Notes under the pieces: generated by a model
What the model was told of the DNA's origin: nothing
What the model saw: the letters and a program-made list of their open reading frames with translations, nothing else
Database searches by the model: none
Shown here: positions 35,444 through 47,999 of the stretch, piece after piece
How the letters are laid out: each line of letters starts with the position of its first letter
How positions within the stretch are numbered: position 1 is the first letter of the stretch
Position numbers and translations under genes: made by a program
Source of the DNA: Takakia lepidozioides
Lineage: Eukaryota; Plantae; Bryophyta
Assembly (NCBI GenBank): GCA_030704615.1
Contig: CM060733.1
Location: 20,770,001 to 20,834,000, forward strand
Length of the DNA: 64,000 nt
Reading direction: 5' to 3'

Positions 35444-37058
35444 GGGCTGAGTAAACATTGATATCATCAACATAAATTAAAGCACACTCCCAGTGAAGAT
35501 TGCCCAAGACAATGTCCATGAGGAGTTGGAAAGTAGAGGTGGCATTGCACAAACCAAAAAGCATGGTCTCATATTGGTACTTACCCATGCGACACACAAA
35601 TGAGGTCTTTTCCTTGGCTGCTTCAGTAAGAGGAACTTGCCAAAAGCCTGATGCAAGATCAAGAGAGGAGAAAATTGTAGCACCATGCAATTGATCCAAG
35701 GTTTCATTGATCCTGGGTAGAGGGTAGGCGTCTTTTTTTGTGATGTCATTCAGCTTCCTGAAGTCAACACAGAAGCAGGTGGTGCCATCTTTCTTACCAA
35801 CCAGGACAATTGGACTAGCCCAAGGAGAGACTAAAGGTTTGATCACACCAGCATCAAGCATTTTCTGGACTTCTTCTTGGATTATAGCACGTTCCTTGAC
35901 ACTCTCCTGGTAGGCAAATTGTTTGATAGGAGCCCCTTCAGTGACAATATCATGTTGAAGAATAGGAGTGCGCCCTAAATCAGTGGATCCCAAACTGAAA
36001 ACATCTAGATTCTTTGCAATAAGCATTTCTACTTTCCTCCTTTGTCCTGAGGAGAGAGTTGTGCCCAACTTGATTTCAGATAAGACTTTGGTGAGGGCCT
36101 TCTTACCTCCTAGGCTGAGATCAGAAACAGGTGGTGGTGCAATTGCAGCAAAAGCAGCAACCTCATCTAAGAGACCATGTTGGATGCCAATGGCCTCAAG
36201 TCCAAAACCAGCCTGCACCGCGTGTATGTCAGCAATGGGAAGAGCAGTGATGCGAGCCAGAACCTGCCCTTTTTTTATAGTCACAGGGAAGCGCTCGGGA
36301 TTAGCAATCAGAATCTTGACTTCTTGCCGATATCCTCTATCTAGAACACCATTCGCTACCAGGCTATGCTTAAGGGCAGTCAGCTTCCTCCATCCTTCAA
36401 CTTCTAGGAAATGAGCAGTTGGACACAAGAAGGCCAGACCAGACTTGACCACATTCTGGGTCAAGGCAGGGATGGTGATGTTGAGAGGTGCACGAATCAG
36501 AGTAGAATTCTTTGGAATGGCTATGGGCACCCCTATCATATCTCTAGCACCAGGAACATGCCACTGATATAAGAGTTGAAGATCAGGTTGATATCTGTAG
36601 AAATCATGCCAATTGAGGTTGGAGTTAGAGTCCTGTTGTACCTCTTTGACCAGGGCCTGGACTCTGGACAAATTGGCTATAGCAGACCCAGCCTTGATCT
36701 TCACTACTCTCAAGGGAACCACTACTTCATGCCCTTCTCTATTGTGAAAGCGAAGGGAGTAGTCAGCTAGGCTGATGGTGGCACCAGCTCCAGTCATCCA
36801 GTCAAGGTCTAGAAGGAATTGATCACCAATGGTGACTATGCAAGTCACCACAACCTCCCTTTTATGAATCCTGATGGGAACAGTGACTAGTCCTAAGGGC
36901 TCATACCTGGATCCATCTGCAATAAGCACCTCAATACCCGCGGCAGGGCATAGTTTAAGACCAAGAATTCTCACAACACTTAAAGGTATAGCAGATATAG
37001 TGCATCCAGTATCAATCACACAGGGAAAGCTGAGCTTGTGGATATGGCATTGGGCCAT
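35415..37058 (-). pseudogene. pol: Pol fragment: aspartic protease, dUTPase-like domain, N-terminal RT
   Basis: CVIDTGCT; NGVLDRGYRQEVKILIAN...IKKGQVLARI; CVDFRKLN, YPLPRI, LDLASGFWQV, FGLCNA, YVDD. Confidence 0.9.
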
Positions 37059-40000
37059 GAGGGACTGATCTGCTGCCCACCAGTCTGTTTACTGAGAGGA
37101 CAATGCAAAGCTTTAAAGTTAGTAGATAAAACAGCTTGAATTGGAACAGAAGAAGTAGGGTTGGTAGATGATGGACCTCTTGTCCCCTTCCCTAGAGATC
37201 TTTCTAGTTTAAAGGAGGGGAAGAGCCACTAGTTGTTTTCTTGTTCTTGATCAGCTCTGGTAGCCCTGTTCTGTCTGGACAATGCTTCGTCCAGTGTTCA
37301 AATGACCCACAAATATAACAGGCAACACATTACCCTCATAGGCTTGCCCAGTCTGGGTTCGACCTCTATTGTTACCAGCTGTTGGTCCTTGGCCATGTCG
37401 AGGCTACCACCTCTGTTGATGAGCCTGCATGGCAGCAAACTGAGTGGCAACAGACTCACTAAGACTTCCCACAGTATTAGCCAATCCCTGAAGAGTAAAA
37501 TCATCAGCTTTGCATGTCATGACAGGAGGAACATATGGTGAAGATGTTGCAAGCATGTCAAGCTCTGAGCCCATTGGAGCTTGAAACTTGGCATGACGTT
37601 GCATTGATTTGCTGTCAACCAAGTCTGCTATTTTAAGATTAATTTCTACTAACATAGTCTTGTCATTGACAAAATGACGTCGCTGAGCCCAATTCTGAAC
37701 AGTGGAAGGCAACCCAAGGAGAAAATACCTTTTAACCATACGATCTCTCTCTGCAGGGTCTATGATATTTTCAACAGTAGCAAATTTAAGATCCATGTAA
37801 TACTTCCACAAGGATTCCCCAGGTTGGTAAGTCCTAGGAGAAAGCTTGGCAAAGCAATCCAGAGGCCTCTCAGGAGGTTTGAACAAGGTCTTTGCCCATT
37901 CCACCAGAGTTGCCCAGTTGAGGCTGGGATCATCCATGACAGCCGCATGTAGTAAGTCACGAGCTGGCCCCTTCATGCTCATCCTAAAAATCGCCATTTT
38001 GAAATTCTCAGGCACTCCATTGACACCAGCAATGACCTCAAACATCTGAAGATAACTATCAAAGTCTTCTCCCATGGTATATTCTGGGTAAGGTTGAGTA
38101 GTTAGCTGAGGGATCAGATGACAAGGCAGGCTATGGCTAATGTGACCAGGGAGGACAGACCCATGAGCAGGGCAATAAGGAACCATAGCAGCAGTATTAC
38201 CATGCACATATCCAACAGTAGATGCGGAATTACAATTCATATTATTATTGCTGGCTGATCCTACAACAGTAGAAGCTAACAGATGTGATGCCACCGTGCC
38301 CATAGGGAGAGCAGGTGTTGCCACATTTGGCTGAGCAGCAGGGTAGGTCGACTGCAAGTGGGCTTGTGGCATTCCACCCATGGGAAGAGTGGATGCCACT
38401 CCCACCGGTTGTGTTGACACTGATCGTAGACCACTAGGAGGGATATTACCAACGTACATACCCATGGACTGGCTAGAGACAAGGTGTGGTGGCACCCCAA
38501 CCTGTGGAGCAGAAATGGTCCCCACTGATTGACCCGTGATGGCAGTAGTTGGAGCAGTAGACACACTAGAGCGCCTTGGCATCATGACACCCCCACTTTG
38601 AACAACACCATGCACATTCAACACAAGAAAACTACCCATACGCACGCCTACACTTGCAGGCAACAAATTCCCTCCCCCGAGAGTGGGACTAGGGAAATCC
38701 ACAACAGGCAACACACTAGAACTCACGTTAGCACCATGGGCTGACATACTGTTCGTAATAGCCCTAACATCCGAGGCCAACCCGATTCTACCTTGTCCAT
38801 GACCAGACAGCACCATGGGCTTACTACCTTGAACTTCCATGGCCCCACCAATCTGAATAGGAAGAATCACAGTTTTTGCCATCCCCGATTCTATGGGCAA
38901 AATAGCAGAGCCCTCCCTATCTATCCTCACGACACCATCATCATGCAACAGTGCTAAGTCCTCCTCCAAATTACCAGAGTCCAAGGAAACGTCATCAACC
39001 AAGGCATTACCTGCCTGGAGGTTGTCTGACTCCCCACTGATATCAGGCATGCCCCTGCCAGGCAGCCCGAGTGGCTCTCGCGAACTAGACATGAACCTTT
39101 GTCTACTAGATCACAACCAAGAACTTGCAGATGCGTTTGGCATGCAAAAACAAAGACAATTGTGGAAAAGAAAGAACCTCTAAGCCGCCGGGATGAGTAG
39201 TCGCGGCCTTGGGCTCGGCACCCGTGAAGCTTCGGGAGTCCAAACAGAGCAAGAAAGAAGCTTGAGCAGGTCGTGAGAATCAGAACTATACATTGCCAAT
39301 GCCAGGCACTCCCACACCCTCTCGTCCTTAACCCATAAGCCCACCCGAGTCGTGTCGTTGTCCTCCCACGTCCAGGACAACACTGAGGAGTTGGGAAAAC
39401 TATCTAGGTGATCTGCAACACGAGGGCAAAGGACACGCTGTTCTTCAAAGCAGGTACCTGGCAAAATCACAATGTCGGAAGACTGGACATGCAAACTACC
39501 TCCCACGAGACCATCCACCAAGTCCACCGTCGTGGGCTTGTGACGACAGACCCGGGCGTGAAATTGAAGAGCCCGCAACAACAAGGCTCCAGAGCCTTCA
39601 AGCAGCAATGAGAGCCACGAGCCTGTTGTCCGTTCGGTCGTCCGCCACAGGCCTGACTCACGGTGAACTGACAATGGTAGGTGGAGCCCGAGCGCTTCCC
39701 AGGCCACTGCCGATGATGAAGAAGACGAGCCTTGAACACCTCCGGTCTCAAGCACAGGGAGTTTCTGACAGCCACGACGGCTCAGGTCTGGCACAACGCA
39801 CTCTCTCTCCCAGAGCCAGAACTAGACCCAGGGCGCACAAAAATTGCTTCGTGATGACTGTTTAGACGTCGAGCGTCCTCGCGCACAGATGCTTCAAACT
39901 TTTCAAACCATTGCACATCCTCCAGAAGCAATTCCCCTAGAGACTCATCATACTCCTGAGAGCGCTCAATATCTCTCTCAAACTCTCTCTCTCGTTCTCT

Positions 40001-41366
40001 CGGACACTCGTAATCAGGACCTGGATCATAGAAATTGTCAAAATTATAGTACTTTGGATCGCAGCTATCTAAAGAGCTGGGTGACCTCGCATCTCTTGGT
40101 GACCAGACCTCATCCTCATTCACATCAACATCATGTCTAGGGTTATTTGAATTCAACTGCACGACAAGACCAGGACCAACAGTGTTGGGTTCAGGCAGGG
40201 GTAACACTGGCGAGGCAACAATGCCAAGCAGCGCACGTCGAGAGGGGTTAGTGACAGCAAGATCAGTTGCTAAAGCAGGGTTAGTCACAATTTCAAGAAC
40301 CAAATCAACTTGCACCAACAGACTTTCTCCCTCTCTGCGTGCTACACAGCTAGAACTACGCACCGAAGCCATCGTCCTGCAGCACAGCACAACGAGCAGG
40401 GTGAGAAGGCAAATACGAAACAACAGGAGAAAACATCGCAAGGTGGATGGCCGCCATCAGACAAGACTGATTAGAGAGCAAAAGCAAAGATTAGCGCGCA
40501 GATCCCTTAACAACCCAACAAACGGTATCAGGGCGGGCAGTGGATGCTAAAACACCTAAACGCTACCCGGCTTCTTTCCACCACAAAACGAGCCTGAAGC
40601 ATATACTCCGTTCCTCTCAAGAAACGTGTTTTCATAACAAGGGGGGCAAGCGAAAGACCAGGCAATGCGCGAGAGGAGGATCAAGCGAGCGGATCTGACA
40701 CACACAGGAGCTCTCATCCAAAGTTTGTACACCCAAATCACATATACACTAACACCTGAATACACCCGCCCTGACCTTGTGTCAGGGCGCCGTCTTTATA
40801 CAAAAGCCCTAACCATGGTGGCCTGCCGTGTGGCGAGGCATCATAGGCCAAATCCCACAGCACTATCTTGTGGCCCTAGATCTGATGAAGGGCCAGGATC
40901 AAGCCACTAGCCTAAACTAACCCTAACCTAGACATCATTGTAACGGATTAACGGCTTTATATGCCAAAAAATATACTATGGATGTGTTCGCCGTTTTGGA
41001 TGAAACGGGCTATTTCCAGGCGTAAGCAAGTATGGGCTTTACAGGTTGGCCATAATGGGTAATATCCAACATAAACCTATCTGGCTTTAAACCTAGTGGC
41101 TTTGTGCCCTAACTAACTAGTGGACCATACCGTATTTACCTAGCTTATTAGGCAATAATTAATTCAAAATCAAGTGCCTAATTAGATTTAGAACATTTTT
41201 GGAAAATGTGCCCAAAACTTGGAAAACATTTCTGAGAGTGCCTAATTGCTCGAAAATTGTGAAAAAACACCAAAATGTCCAAATATGTGGAAAAAATGCC
41301 TAAATTGTATTATTTAAAGTCCAAAAAATTGCAAAAATGCATATTATTTAAAATTTCATGTCCACA
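35445..41366 (-). mobile_element. Ty3/gypsy element (upstream ORF region, gag, protease, dUTPase-like domain, partial RT), 3'-truncated
   Basis: Gag capsid (37404-39092); CCHC knuckle CYICGSFEHWTKHC at ~37280-37320; protease VIDTGC; RT SPWASPIVLVGKKDG...YVDD, then truncation. The 5' boundary is approximate. Confidence 0.8.
37280..39092 (-). pseudogene. gag: Gag (long low-complexity N-terminus, capsid, zinc knuckle)
   Basis: YPEYTMGEDFDSYLQMFEVIAGVNG...MKGPARDLL...WATLVEWAKTLF; the knuckle follows a stop and a frameshift. Confidence 0.8.
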
Positions 41367-41794
41367 CAACTTCCAAAGGGCCCTTCATCGATGCAACTAA
41401 TCCTCATAAGTCTCATCACCTATCTCATGTGAATCTTCTGAATATGAGAGAATGTTTTTTGAAAAGAAAAATACTTCAACAATGGTTTTTGAGGGAGGTA
41501 AAAAATAATCGTTCATTATGTTATTTTGTTACGGACGTGGTGCCTTTGGATAAGAACCGTAGATCCTTGATAAAAGTGGATGAATGTTTTCACAAACCAA
41601 CTATATTAATCCTTAAACGCCCACTGGGTAAGTTTGACTTTTCCCAAAATCACTACCCCTGGGGTGAAAAAACCCTGTAATTCCGGAGAAAAAGGGATTT
41701 TGGAAATTTAACCGGACATTATCTTCCTAACTACCCCCTGCATACACCTGCCAAATTCCAGGCCAATCGTATGGAAATCAGAAAAACGCGCATG

Positions 41795-44464
41795 TGTTGG
41801 AATTCGACAGAGAATAGAGGTAAAAGATGAACTGATTACTGAGAACTCTCCACCCAACCATAGGACCACAACAAGTTGTGTCCACCCTCCGAGCTCTCCT
41901 TATTTATACTCAAAGTCTAATACAGAAATAGCTGAGATAACTATAGCATAACTCCATGCTTTTACTTAAGTTATCTCCACTTTCTATTCTGGTACAATGA
42001 CTTGAGTCACTAATAACTGAAGCTAACTTTTAGCTATTTAGCTAATTGAGGCTTATCTCTATTGTTAACTGTGACTTGTCAGCACTGCTATTATGGAAGC
42101 CTGACTTGTCAGAGTAACTCTAGATAGTAGTAACTTGGTCAGGAGTTGATTTCCAACACCCCCACTCAACGAGTTACCAAGTTAAAAACTTAACTACTCC
42201 CATCAAGCCTCGAAAGCGTTCAAGCTTTTCAGCACTAAGCCATTTTGTCAATATGTCTGCAACCATGTTGTTGGTGTTGCAATATATAAGCTTGACAACT
42301 CTAGCTTCAGTCTTCTCTCGTACCAAATGATGATGAATCTCAATATGCTTTGTGCAAGCATGAAACATTGGATTCTTTGAGAGAGCAATACACCCTTGGT
42401 TGTCATCATATATGACCATGGTATCCCTCTGTGGACGACCAATACTTGATAGAAATGATGATTTCCATAATGCTTGTCTTATAGCTTGAGATGCAGCCAT
42501 ATATTCTGCCTCAGTCGAGGACATAACAATTGTAGATTGCTTCTTGCTGCTCCAGCTTACAGCTCCATTTGCTAGCATAAAAACATAGCCAGATGTAGAG
42601 TGGCGGTCATCAACATTACCAGCCCAATCTGCATCACAATAGCCATATAGCTTTGTGCTTTTGCAAGCACTATCTGAGATATCATATGAACCCACTTGAT
42701 CCAACTGAACATTATCATTGTTCTTTCTCAAGCACAAACCATAGTCCAGTGTGCCTCTTAGATAACGGAAAATCCACTTTACTGCAACCCAATGGAGTTG
42801 CCCAGGGTTAGCCACAAATTGGCTTACAACCCCACTGCTTGTGCAATATCTGGCCTAGTACAGACCATTGCATACATGAGACTTCCCACAACACTCTGAT
42901 AGGGAACATATCTCATTGTCTCCAAGTCTGCAGCACTCTTATGACTCATCTCCTTTGAGAGTTTGCAATTTGGGACAAACGGGGTATTTACCGGCAGACT
43001 TTTAGCCATACCAAAGCGCCTTAAGATATCTTCAAGATACTTACGCTGGTTCAGGTAAATTGCTCGGTCTTGTCGAACACGAGTTACCGATACCCCCAAA
43101 CAGTATTGGATCTCTTTCAGATCCACCATCTCAAACTTCATTGAGATATCGCTCTTTGTCTTTTTCAACAAAACCAAGTCATTAGAGACCAAAATCAGAT
43201 CATCAACGTACAGTGTTATGATCACAAAAGAGTTTCCATGAGCCCTCTTATAGTAAACATTATAATCAGCAGAGCTCTTCTCAAACTCTTCAGCCATGAA
43301 ATATGCATCAATCTTAGCATTCCATGTCCTAGGGGATTGCTTCAACTATATAAGGACTTGAGGAGCTTACACACCATCCTCTCCTTCCCTTTTACAGCAA
43401 ATCCCTCCGGCTGGTCCATGTATATTCTTCCATAAGATCTCCATTGAGAAAGGCTGTACATACATCCATCTGATGTACCTCAAGATTTTCAACGAATTGA
43501 CTCCATCCGTGCAACATGGGAAAATGATTCATTGTAATCAATACCTTCAATTTGCAAAAACCCCTTTGCAACCAAGCGCGCTTTGTACCTTGCTACAGAA
43601 CCATCTGCATTGTACTTAACCTTGAAAATCCATTTGCAGCCAACAGACTGCCGTCCAGATGGAAGTTGAACAAGACTCCAAGTCTTATTATCGTGAAGAG
43701 ACTTAAACTCAGATGCCATAGCTTCCTTCCAGTGTGAAGAGTTCTCACTCCTCATTGCATCTGACACACTTTGAGGTTCATCACTGTTAATGAAATAGGC
43801 AGAAGATACATTTGAGGGTTTTTCAATCATAGAAGATTGTACCTCCTCCATTTAAACCTCAACTGTGTCTTCAACAATCTTATCTTCATGTGTTAGAGCC
43901 AAGCTCTCTTTTTCATGGTCCAAACTTGGAACTATTGTTTCCTAATGAAAGTTCCTGGACTCATTGAATATCACATCACAACTGATGATCACATACTTGC
44001 TCTTAGGGTTATACAACTTATACCCTTTGGTTTCTTCACAATAACCAATGAAGATACACTTGATTGCTTTTACATCCAATTTCTTCCTTACTTCTTTTGG
44101 AACATGGGCAAATGCAACACACCCAAAGACGTGCAAATGATCAACTGAAGGTTTCTCACCCTTCCAACCTTCAAGTGTCTTTGTATAGATTGCCTAAGTA
44201 GGAAGTCGATTCTGGAGGTATGTTGCAGTCGCCACTGCTTCTGCCCAGAAACGGTGGTCGAACCTCATGTGTTGCAACATACACCTCACACTCTCAACAA
44301 GTGTTCGATTCTTCCTCTCTGCAACTCCATTCTGTTCTGGCGTATATGATGTGGTTAATTGTTTCACAATACCATTCTCCCTGCAGGACTGGTTAAAGTT
44401 CTTTGAGATGTACTCACCACCACCATCACACCGAAGAGCTTTGATCTTTTCTCCAATTTGATTC
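41795..44464 (-). mobile_element. Ty1/copia element, 3' part (IN-RT-RH, PPT, 3' LTR 41795-42158), interrupted at ~44465
   Basis: LRCDGGGEY, TPEQNGVAERKNRT, YKARLVAKG, LYVDD, YCDADWAG, SSTEAEY, NMVADILTK. LTR termini TGTTGGAA...TTCCAACA with adjacent PPT GAGTGGGGG. Confidence 0.93.
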
Positions 44465-46975
44465 CAACGACGCAATGGCGTGAGCGTTGCACGTGAGCGC
44501 GCGAGCGTACGCTCACGCCAGCTGACGTGGCGTGAGCCTGCACACACGCTGACGTGGCGTGAGCGTCATGTCAGCATGCTGATGTGGCGGTAAATGATGA
44601 CGTGGCACTGTCCGTCAACTGCCACGTCAGCATTAACATGCGCCACCTATAACCGTGGATGGTCCTATTACCGTGGAATTAATGCAGGGAATCTTGCCTA
44701 AATAGAATCAAGACGAGCGTTGAGGCCTACAATTGCAGCATCCAACATTGTGCAATTACAAATGCTTGTTTCACTTTTACAATTACGAAGACGACAAAAT
44801 ATCCTCACAAAGTGTGCGCCATAAAGGCTGCCACGAGAAGACTTCCTCCCTCCTCAAATAACAATGAGAGTTATGATCATCTTCAAAAGATGATTGTAGT
44901 GCATAGCGACAGCAAGACATGTAGACTTCGAACGGTGCAATGACAAATGTGCACTACCTAAAAGTTGTCACTCAGACCTCACTCCGTATAGTTGGAGGCC
45001 ATATCATTGCACAGCCGACGAATTGATGTGAATTACACATTTCAAATCATGGTCATCCACATACCACATTACATAGTTCATGCTACCCATGTGTTGTATC
45101 CCGCTGCAAAAGAGTATCGACCTCGTTGAAACTCATAGTGGCCTGGTGAATGAAGTTGTCACGTTTGGGATCGCAAACCATCCTCCTCAAAAATATGAAA
45201 TACAAATGTTTGCAGGGTATGAATTTACCTCTCTTGCCCAAACTGGTTGATAGCATATTCACAAAATCAAGACATGTGCAATTGGGGAAATTGGAAACCG
45301 TGATGTCGTAGGTCCTGTCATGAACAGCAGATGTGGAAGTGATGATTGTGAATACCCGACCATATCCTGGATCGGGTACTTCCGTGGTGCTTCCGACACG
45401 AGCTTGGAGCATTCTTGCGGACTCCACTTTGCCAAAGTGTTCAGCGGTTGGAGGGAAACGCCGAACGAGCTTTCCATCTCGTTTGGTTGGCCACAAGTCA
45501 GGATTTGCCGGGGGGACCCGGGAGGACGCAGGAGTAGTAGCACATGCATGGAGTTGGGGTTGTCTCGCAAGGGAAAAACCTGCTTCCTCCAGCATTTCAA
45601 TCTCCTGAAAGCTGAGATGTGTTCCCACCTTCACGGGCCAAACGGTTGGAGGAGATGGCTTCATCACTACGGAAGGACGCACAGTTCCATGCACACATCT
45701 GGCACAATCATCTGCGCAGAACCAGAACTTGTGGTTCTTGGCTTCTGGTTGACCGTATGGACGCATCAAGCCCGTGAAAGTCGGAGCAGGAGTTCGGGCA
45801 CCACCTCTGGATATAGATGAAGTGCACTTCTCGAAATTAGTTGCCCTGATCGCTGTACATTTCACACGAGACCCGACACTTGTGCGTTCTATGTGCCAAA
45901 CGTGGTCGGGGCATGCGGACTCAAGCACATCAAGGGGGTTGTTTCTCTCCTGCACCATTTCAGTGGCACGGTTTGATGCTGGAGCTTGCCGTCGTGTTGG
46001 AGGTTCCTCCACAATGGAGGTTCTGGACATGGAGCTGTCATGCAGGGGAACACGAGGCTTCGAGAAGTTATCACGGTCTGCCCTGTAGGAATCTGAATCC
46101 GAACCAGGTGGAGTGTTCAATTTCCTCTTACAGGAGCCGAATCTCTCCTCCCCTTCAAGATGTGGAACTCTAGAAACAAGTGGCGTTCCCTGGGCATACA
46201 TGCTCACCGCCCGTGCTATCTTGATTGGATCCCCAGATTTGTTTGCAGCACGCAACATCAACTCCCATTTGTCCGGACCCTTGCCACCAACCCCACCTCG
46301 TAAGAAATCACGGTATCGGGTTTGTTGTTGCAAGGCACGTATCAAATCATCTGTTGTTGCCACATACAAATCCCGACCTCGTTTCCCAGACTGCTGCAAC
46401 CATGCATTGTGCACAGTTTCTGCCAAATTGCAAGATGGCATGTCCGCCATTTCCTCAATGGACATGTTCTGCAAAGAGGATAACCACACTTCAGAATAGT
46501 GCACAGGAAACAACATAAAGAAAGCAATGAGTCAAAAATATGGAAAGCAAATGTATGAATAAAGCATGAAATAGAAGCCTCGTACCATTGTCATGGCTGC
46601 TCCCCACTGTCTATACCGGAAGTGCCAAAACGCCAGCCAATCTTCCAATGCTCTCATACTCTCAAGTGATGCAGCTCCAGAAGAGAACCACCAGGCACGA
46701 ATTGTCTGGAACAAAGTGTCCGCCTCCTTCATTGTTCTAGCATCTTTGTACTCTTTGCACAATTTACGGTGCTGAGTCTGCATCTCTGGTTTGATGTCCG
46801 ACTTTGTATGTTTTTCCAGAGATTGTGTCCAATGGAATAGACATGTACGCTCTCTTCCTGGCATAGGCACTTTTGGGTCGCCCGATCCGAAGACAAAACG
46901 AATAGCATTGAAATTTGCTTGAGCACTATCCGCCATGAAACCTGCGAAATTTGGAGATGGCAGCCCATGGCAGCC
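44465..46975 (-). mobile_element. Mutator-like (MULE) element, 3' portion, interrupted by gypsy copy 2
   Basis: Terminal region with repeated CTGACGTGGC/GCGTGAGC motifs, followed by the transposase gene. Confidence 0.8.
45083..46975 (-). CDS. MULE DDE transposase C-terminal half with SWIM zinc finger (intron 46469-46585); N-terminus displaced by insertion
   Basis: GFMADSAQANFNA...TCLFHWTQSL (D plus CxxH); SCNLAETVHNAW (E); SWIM CTCLDF...PCKHLYFIF; GT-AG phase-0 intron. Confidence 0.8.
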
Positions 46976-47999
46976 TGTCGCGCGGCTTCTACTCACCCAT
47001 CCCTTCGCTATTCGAGGCGGAAACTCCAAGATAGAAGAGTTGGAAATCTCTAAGTACTCAACCCGCGCAGAACAATCAGTCATGACCTACAGCTAGTGTA
47101 TCATGGGGGTGTTTCCTATTTGTTTTCCTTTTGGTATTCATGTTAGCTATCTTACCATTGATAATTAAGTATCAGTTTGCTTTATCAATCTATTGGATTC
47201 CATCAGCTCATCCATTCATTTCACAGCTTCACTCAGATCTCTCTACACAGTGTGATTGTATCGTAAAAGTATCCGATTATGATTTATCAGGTATCAGGCC
47301 GAAGCCATTGTGTCTCTAATCTGCTCTACAATATCATTACAGCCTTGCCTATATCAAGCATCTACTCATCATCTCTCTATCTTCACTTCCGTTCCTCATC
47401 TCTACCCGATCCCCTCTCCTCTATCACCAAGAAGTCCTCCGCCGAATGCTGTCCCTCAATTCCCCGTTTCTCCCTTTATCTTCCTATCCGCGGTTCTAAC
47501 CGTTTCCCTCACTAATCGTCGTCTGTGAACTAACATGTTCCCTTCGCAGGTGTTGTTCCCCACAGTCGTTCCTTGTCCTACTCTTCGTTCCCTATGATTG
47601 TGACAGCTGTGTCAAGCTGTGACTGGCTGTGTGAAACTGTGACGGGCTGTGACTGGCTGTGCGACTGTGTTTGGCTGTGTCGGGCTGTGCCGGGCTGTGT
47701 CGGCTATGACGACTGTGACGGGCTGTGTTGGTTGTGTTGGCTGTGACGACTGTGACGGGCTGTGTTGGCTGTGTCGGCTGTGACGACTGTGACGGGCTGT
47801 GTTGGCTGTGACGACTGTGACGACTGTGTTGGGCTGTGTAACCCCCCTCTACAGTGCGCTGCTGTCACCCCTAAGGTTCCTCTTGGTCTCAGTCTGTGCA
47901 AAAATTAAGGGTACCCTACAGATCCCGTATAAGTGTCTAAGTCCCCGACAGTCCTCTAACATTACCCCTTCCCCCCTCAAAAAGCCGTGTCCTCACGGT

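Noticed and set aside
39161-41366. 2.2-kb LTR bounded by TGTGGA...TCCACA
   Set aside because: Only a 6-bp match, with no PBS adjacent and no second LTR to confirm.
46532-47083. Standalone 183-aa gene
   Set aside because: Chimeric ORF: the first ~36 codons are gypsy LTR and the remainder is the interrupted MULE transposase.
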